DNA of 63,335 bases, counting the filler, from Hyphochytrium catenoides (lineage: Eukaryota > Protista > Hyphochytriomycota): NCBI GenBank assembly GCA_900088475.1. It is 8 parts of 8 records of this genome, joined end to end, with 100 filler letters (N's around TTAATTAATTAA, not from the genome) between each part and the next. Parts side by side here need not be neighbours in the genome. Positions count along the whole stretch, not along the records: positions 60,279 to 62,177 come from FLMG01001702.1; positions 62,278 to 63,335 come from FLMG01002539.1; 6 more parts are not named here. One strand, given 5' to 3'. The first letter of the stretch is position 1; the number at the start of each line of letters is the position of its first letter. Shown here one piece after another: positions 61,530 through 63,335 of this stretch. Under the pieces are notes generated by a model. It made no database searches. It was not told the origin of the DNA and was given only the letters and a program-made list of their open reading frames with translations. The position numbers and the translations under genes were made by a program.

Positions 61530-62177
61530 TCAGCCCAGCGATCTTCTGCTGGCTTCCATCCGTGATAGTGCGATGCCAAACGCTTGAAAGGGAGAGAGCG
61601 GAAAGCGATAGCTAACCTCAAACACGTCGACTGCCACCTGTTTGGAAGGACAGAGGAGACAGCATGCGAAGAGGAGAAGGAGGACCTCGGTGAGAAATTG
61701 GAGTGCCCCAAAAAGGCAAAAAGGCAAAATGTAGATCGGAGGGCTAAGGCTAAAGAGAAGCAATGCTAATCCAGAAAGGGCCAGGGAACTTCGTGATGAG
61801 GTTACCGCCAAATACATGGGATGGGACTAAGCGAATGAAAGAGGCGAAGAGAGGCTGTCTGTCTCCCAGCGAGCGGGTCAGAAGAATCAAGAAAAGGCGA
61901 GGGAAGGAGTAGTTGGGAGAGAGACAGAGAGACGCAGAGAAGAGTGAGAGAGAAAGAGAGAAAGTGGGAGAGAGACAGAGACTACCTTCAAAAGGCTCAG
62001 AATTGGACTTGTAGCCTGCGGGAGAGAGAGGGTCTGCCAGAGAGGGAGAGCCGATGGAGACAATTCGGGAGAGCTGGATGTATCAGCTGAGCTTTTCTCT
62101 GCTGCTAACTGTTCGACCGAAAGAGAAAGGGCAAAATTCTTCACTGATGTCATAATCTCCTGTCCTTTCGGGGCCTC
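61530..62177 (-). CDS. Tubby-like protein, C-terminal part (5'-partial, two exons)
   Basis: Exon 62177-61986 (TSVKNFAL...PILSLLK) splices to 61637-61530 (VAVDVFEVSYRFPLSPFQAFGIALSRME...*). This matches Tubby ASVKNFQ and RVAxDxFTMDYxYPLxALQAFAIALSSF. Confidence 0.8.
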
Positions 62178-62277
62178 NNNNNNNNNNNNNNNNNNNNNNN
62201 NNNNNNNNNNNNNNNNNNNNNTTAATTAATTAANNNNNNNNNNNNNNNNNNNNNNNNNNNNNNNNNNNNNNNNNNNN
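62178..62277. other. Artificial contig spacer
   Basis: N44-TTAATTAATTAA-N44. Confidence 0.97.
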
Positions 62278-62799
62278 ATGGCCTTGCACAGTCTCCAGCA
62301 AGAGCCAAAAGCTGTCAGGGTACCCGGTTAAGCGTCAGCAATATTCAGCTCGAGAAATCGTTGTAGGGTCAGAAGCAGCCGAAGAACTGTCAGTCATCCG
62401 TCATTCGTCATCGCTCGTCCCTGCACTCATCAAACAGGACATCTGAACCCTCTGCTCCCGATGAGAAAGAGTCTGCGTCTTCACAGTTTTCCTAGTTCAC
62501 CGCATTCTGCTCCTCATCCGCTCCTCATCAGATCTCATCAGCAAAGGATGTGTTCTTGCTGTGCGCCGTTTGCCTGTAGTATGTGACATTATAGAATGTC
62601 GACCTGTAATATAAATACTGTAATAAAGTGTCGTAGGATCACTAGGACGGATTCGCCATATTTTCTGGACATGATAACTTATTATTAGTTGGTTCCTAGT
62701 ACGGCAAGAAACTGATTCTCTTGGCTTTTGCCTTTTGCCTTTTGCCCCTTGTTGCTTTGCTGCTTGCTTATTTTCTCCTAAAACGAAAGTCATCCAGCC

Positions 62800-63335
62800 C
62801 CTGCAATTACTTAGGACGACCACTTCAAGGTGTCATTTGCTCAGGCGGCGAAAAGGACTTTGGGCAGCTACTCACAGACGGCAGACGGTGGTACGTTGCA
62901 GGAAGCAGGAAGCAGACGCATGCTAGGCAAAGATTTGATCCTTCAACTGTTGATGAGGCAATAATCAACTTCATTCTCTCACCAGATCACGTGCTGTTTC
63001 TATCGTGGGGAACTGAAGACTGAAGATGGATAGGAGCACGATGTTCCATCATTTGTCAGAAGAAGACCTGTGAAGGACATGTTTGGAGATTGTGCAATGG
63101 CAAGCAGTCAGAATGCTGCACTTTCTCGTCGATCATTCTACAACTTATGCAATGGTTTGACTGATTGGAGAGATGCAGCCACGGAAGGCTGTCGACTATG
63201 TCAGCGGCGTTCTCATCACTGACAGCTTCAAAACACTGGAAAGGGTTATCAAAGGCGAGTTGACCGATGATGTGCCTTCTTTTTTCAACAAATTGGAAGT
63301 GTTTAAGGCTTGGCTGAAGTATGCATTCAAGTGTC
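62800..63335 (+). pseudogene. Degraded fragment of a probable DNA-transposon-encoded protein
   Basis: Protein-like frames broken by stops and shifts: INFILSPDHVLFLSWGT*, VPSFVRRRP, LSRRSFYNLC, RKAVDYVSGVLITDSFKTLERV, FKAWLKYAF. These resemble the N-terminal part of a large transposase-like family as I recall it; not verified. Confidence 0.4.

Noticed and set aside
61585-61825. Two 21-nt microexons and a 34-nt intron on the minus strand
   Set aside because: Reading straight through gives the Tubby C-terminal motif (YRFPLSPFQAFGIAL), which is a much better explanation.
12933-62277. TTAATTAATTAA palindrome recurring seven times, as a possible regulatory or recombination site
   Set aside because: It is always centred in exactly 44+44 N. 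This is an artificial six-frame-stop contig spacer.

Overview
This is eukaryotic nuclear DNA, not prokaryotic. Eight contigs are joined by seven artificial 100-nt spacers (N44-TTAATTAATTAA-N44): 1-12932, 13033-28377, 28478-46787, 46888-53525, 53626-56445, 56546-60178, 60279-62177 and 62278-63335. Contigs 1-3 and 7 are saturated with (GA)n/(TC)n microsatellite, so most of the supplied ORFs (poly-SL, poly-RE) are spurious. The real genes are largely spliced (GT-AG) and I rebuilt them by hand: an orphan multi-exon gene, a SAM-methyltransferase-like gene, a ~21-exon OSCA/TMEM63(CSC1)-like channel, ZMYND10, and the 3' ends of a BT1/folate-biopterin transporter and a Tubby-like gene. Intronless genes are a CCHC zinc-knuckle protein, a divergent PP2A B55 subunit, a tandem PX-like/Cys-rich protein, a type I surface protein with Fn3-associated-like repeats, and a PH-domain protein. 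Contigs 4-6 and 8 are nearly microsatellite-free and hold frameshifted or pseudogenised genes (propeller-BTB, group XII PLA2-like, ZZ-finger), a long palindromic duplication, a PIF/Harbinger-type MITE and a probable transposase remnant. Gene content suggests a flagellated stramenopile (oomycete/hyphochytrid-like); this is inference only. The two most interesting signals are (1) a recurring intron layout with (GA)n just after the donor and complementary (UC)n before the acceptor, which could pair to bridge splice sites, and (2) a SUEL/Gal-lectin-like domain in the first loop of the OSCA-like channel. All family calls come from motif recognition by eye; no searches were run.
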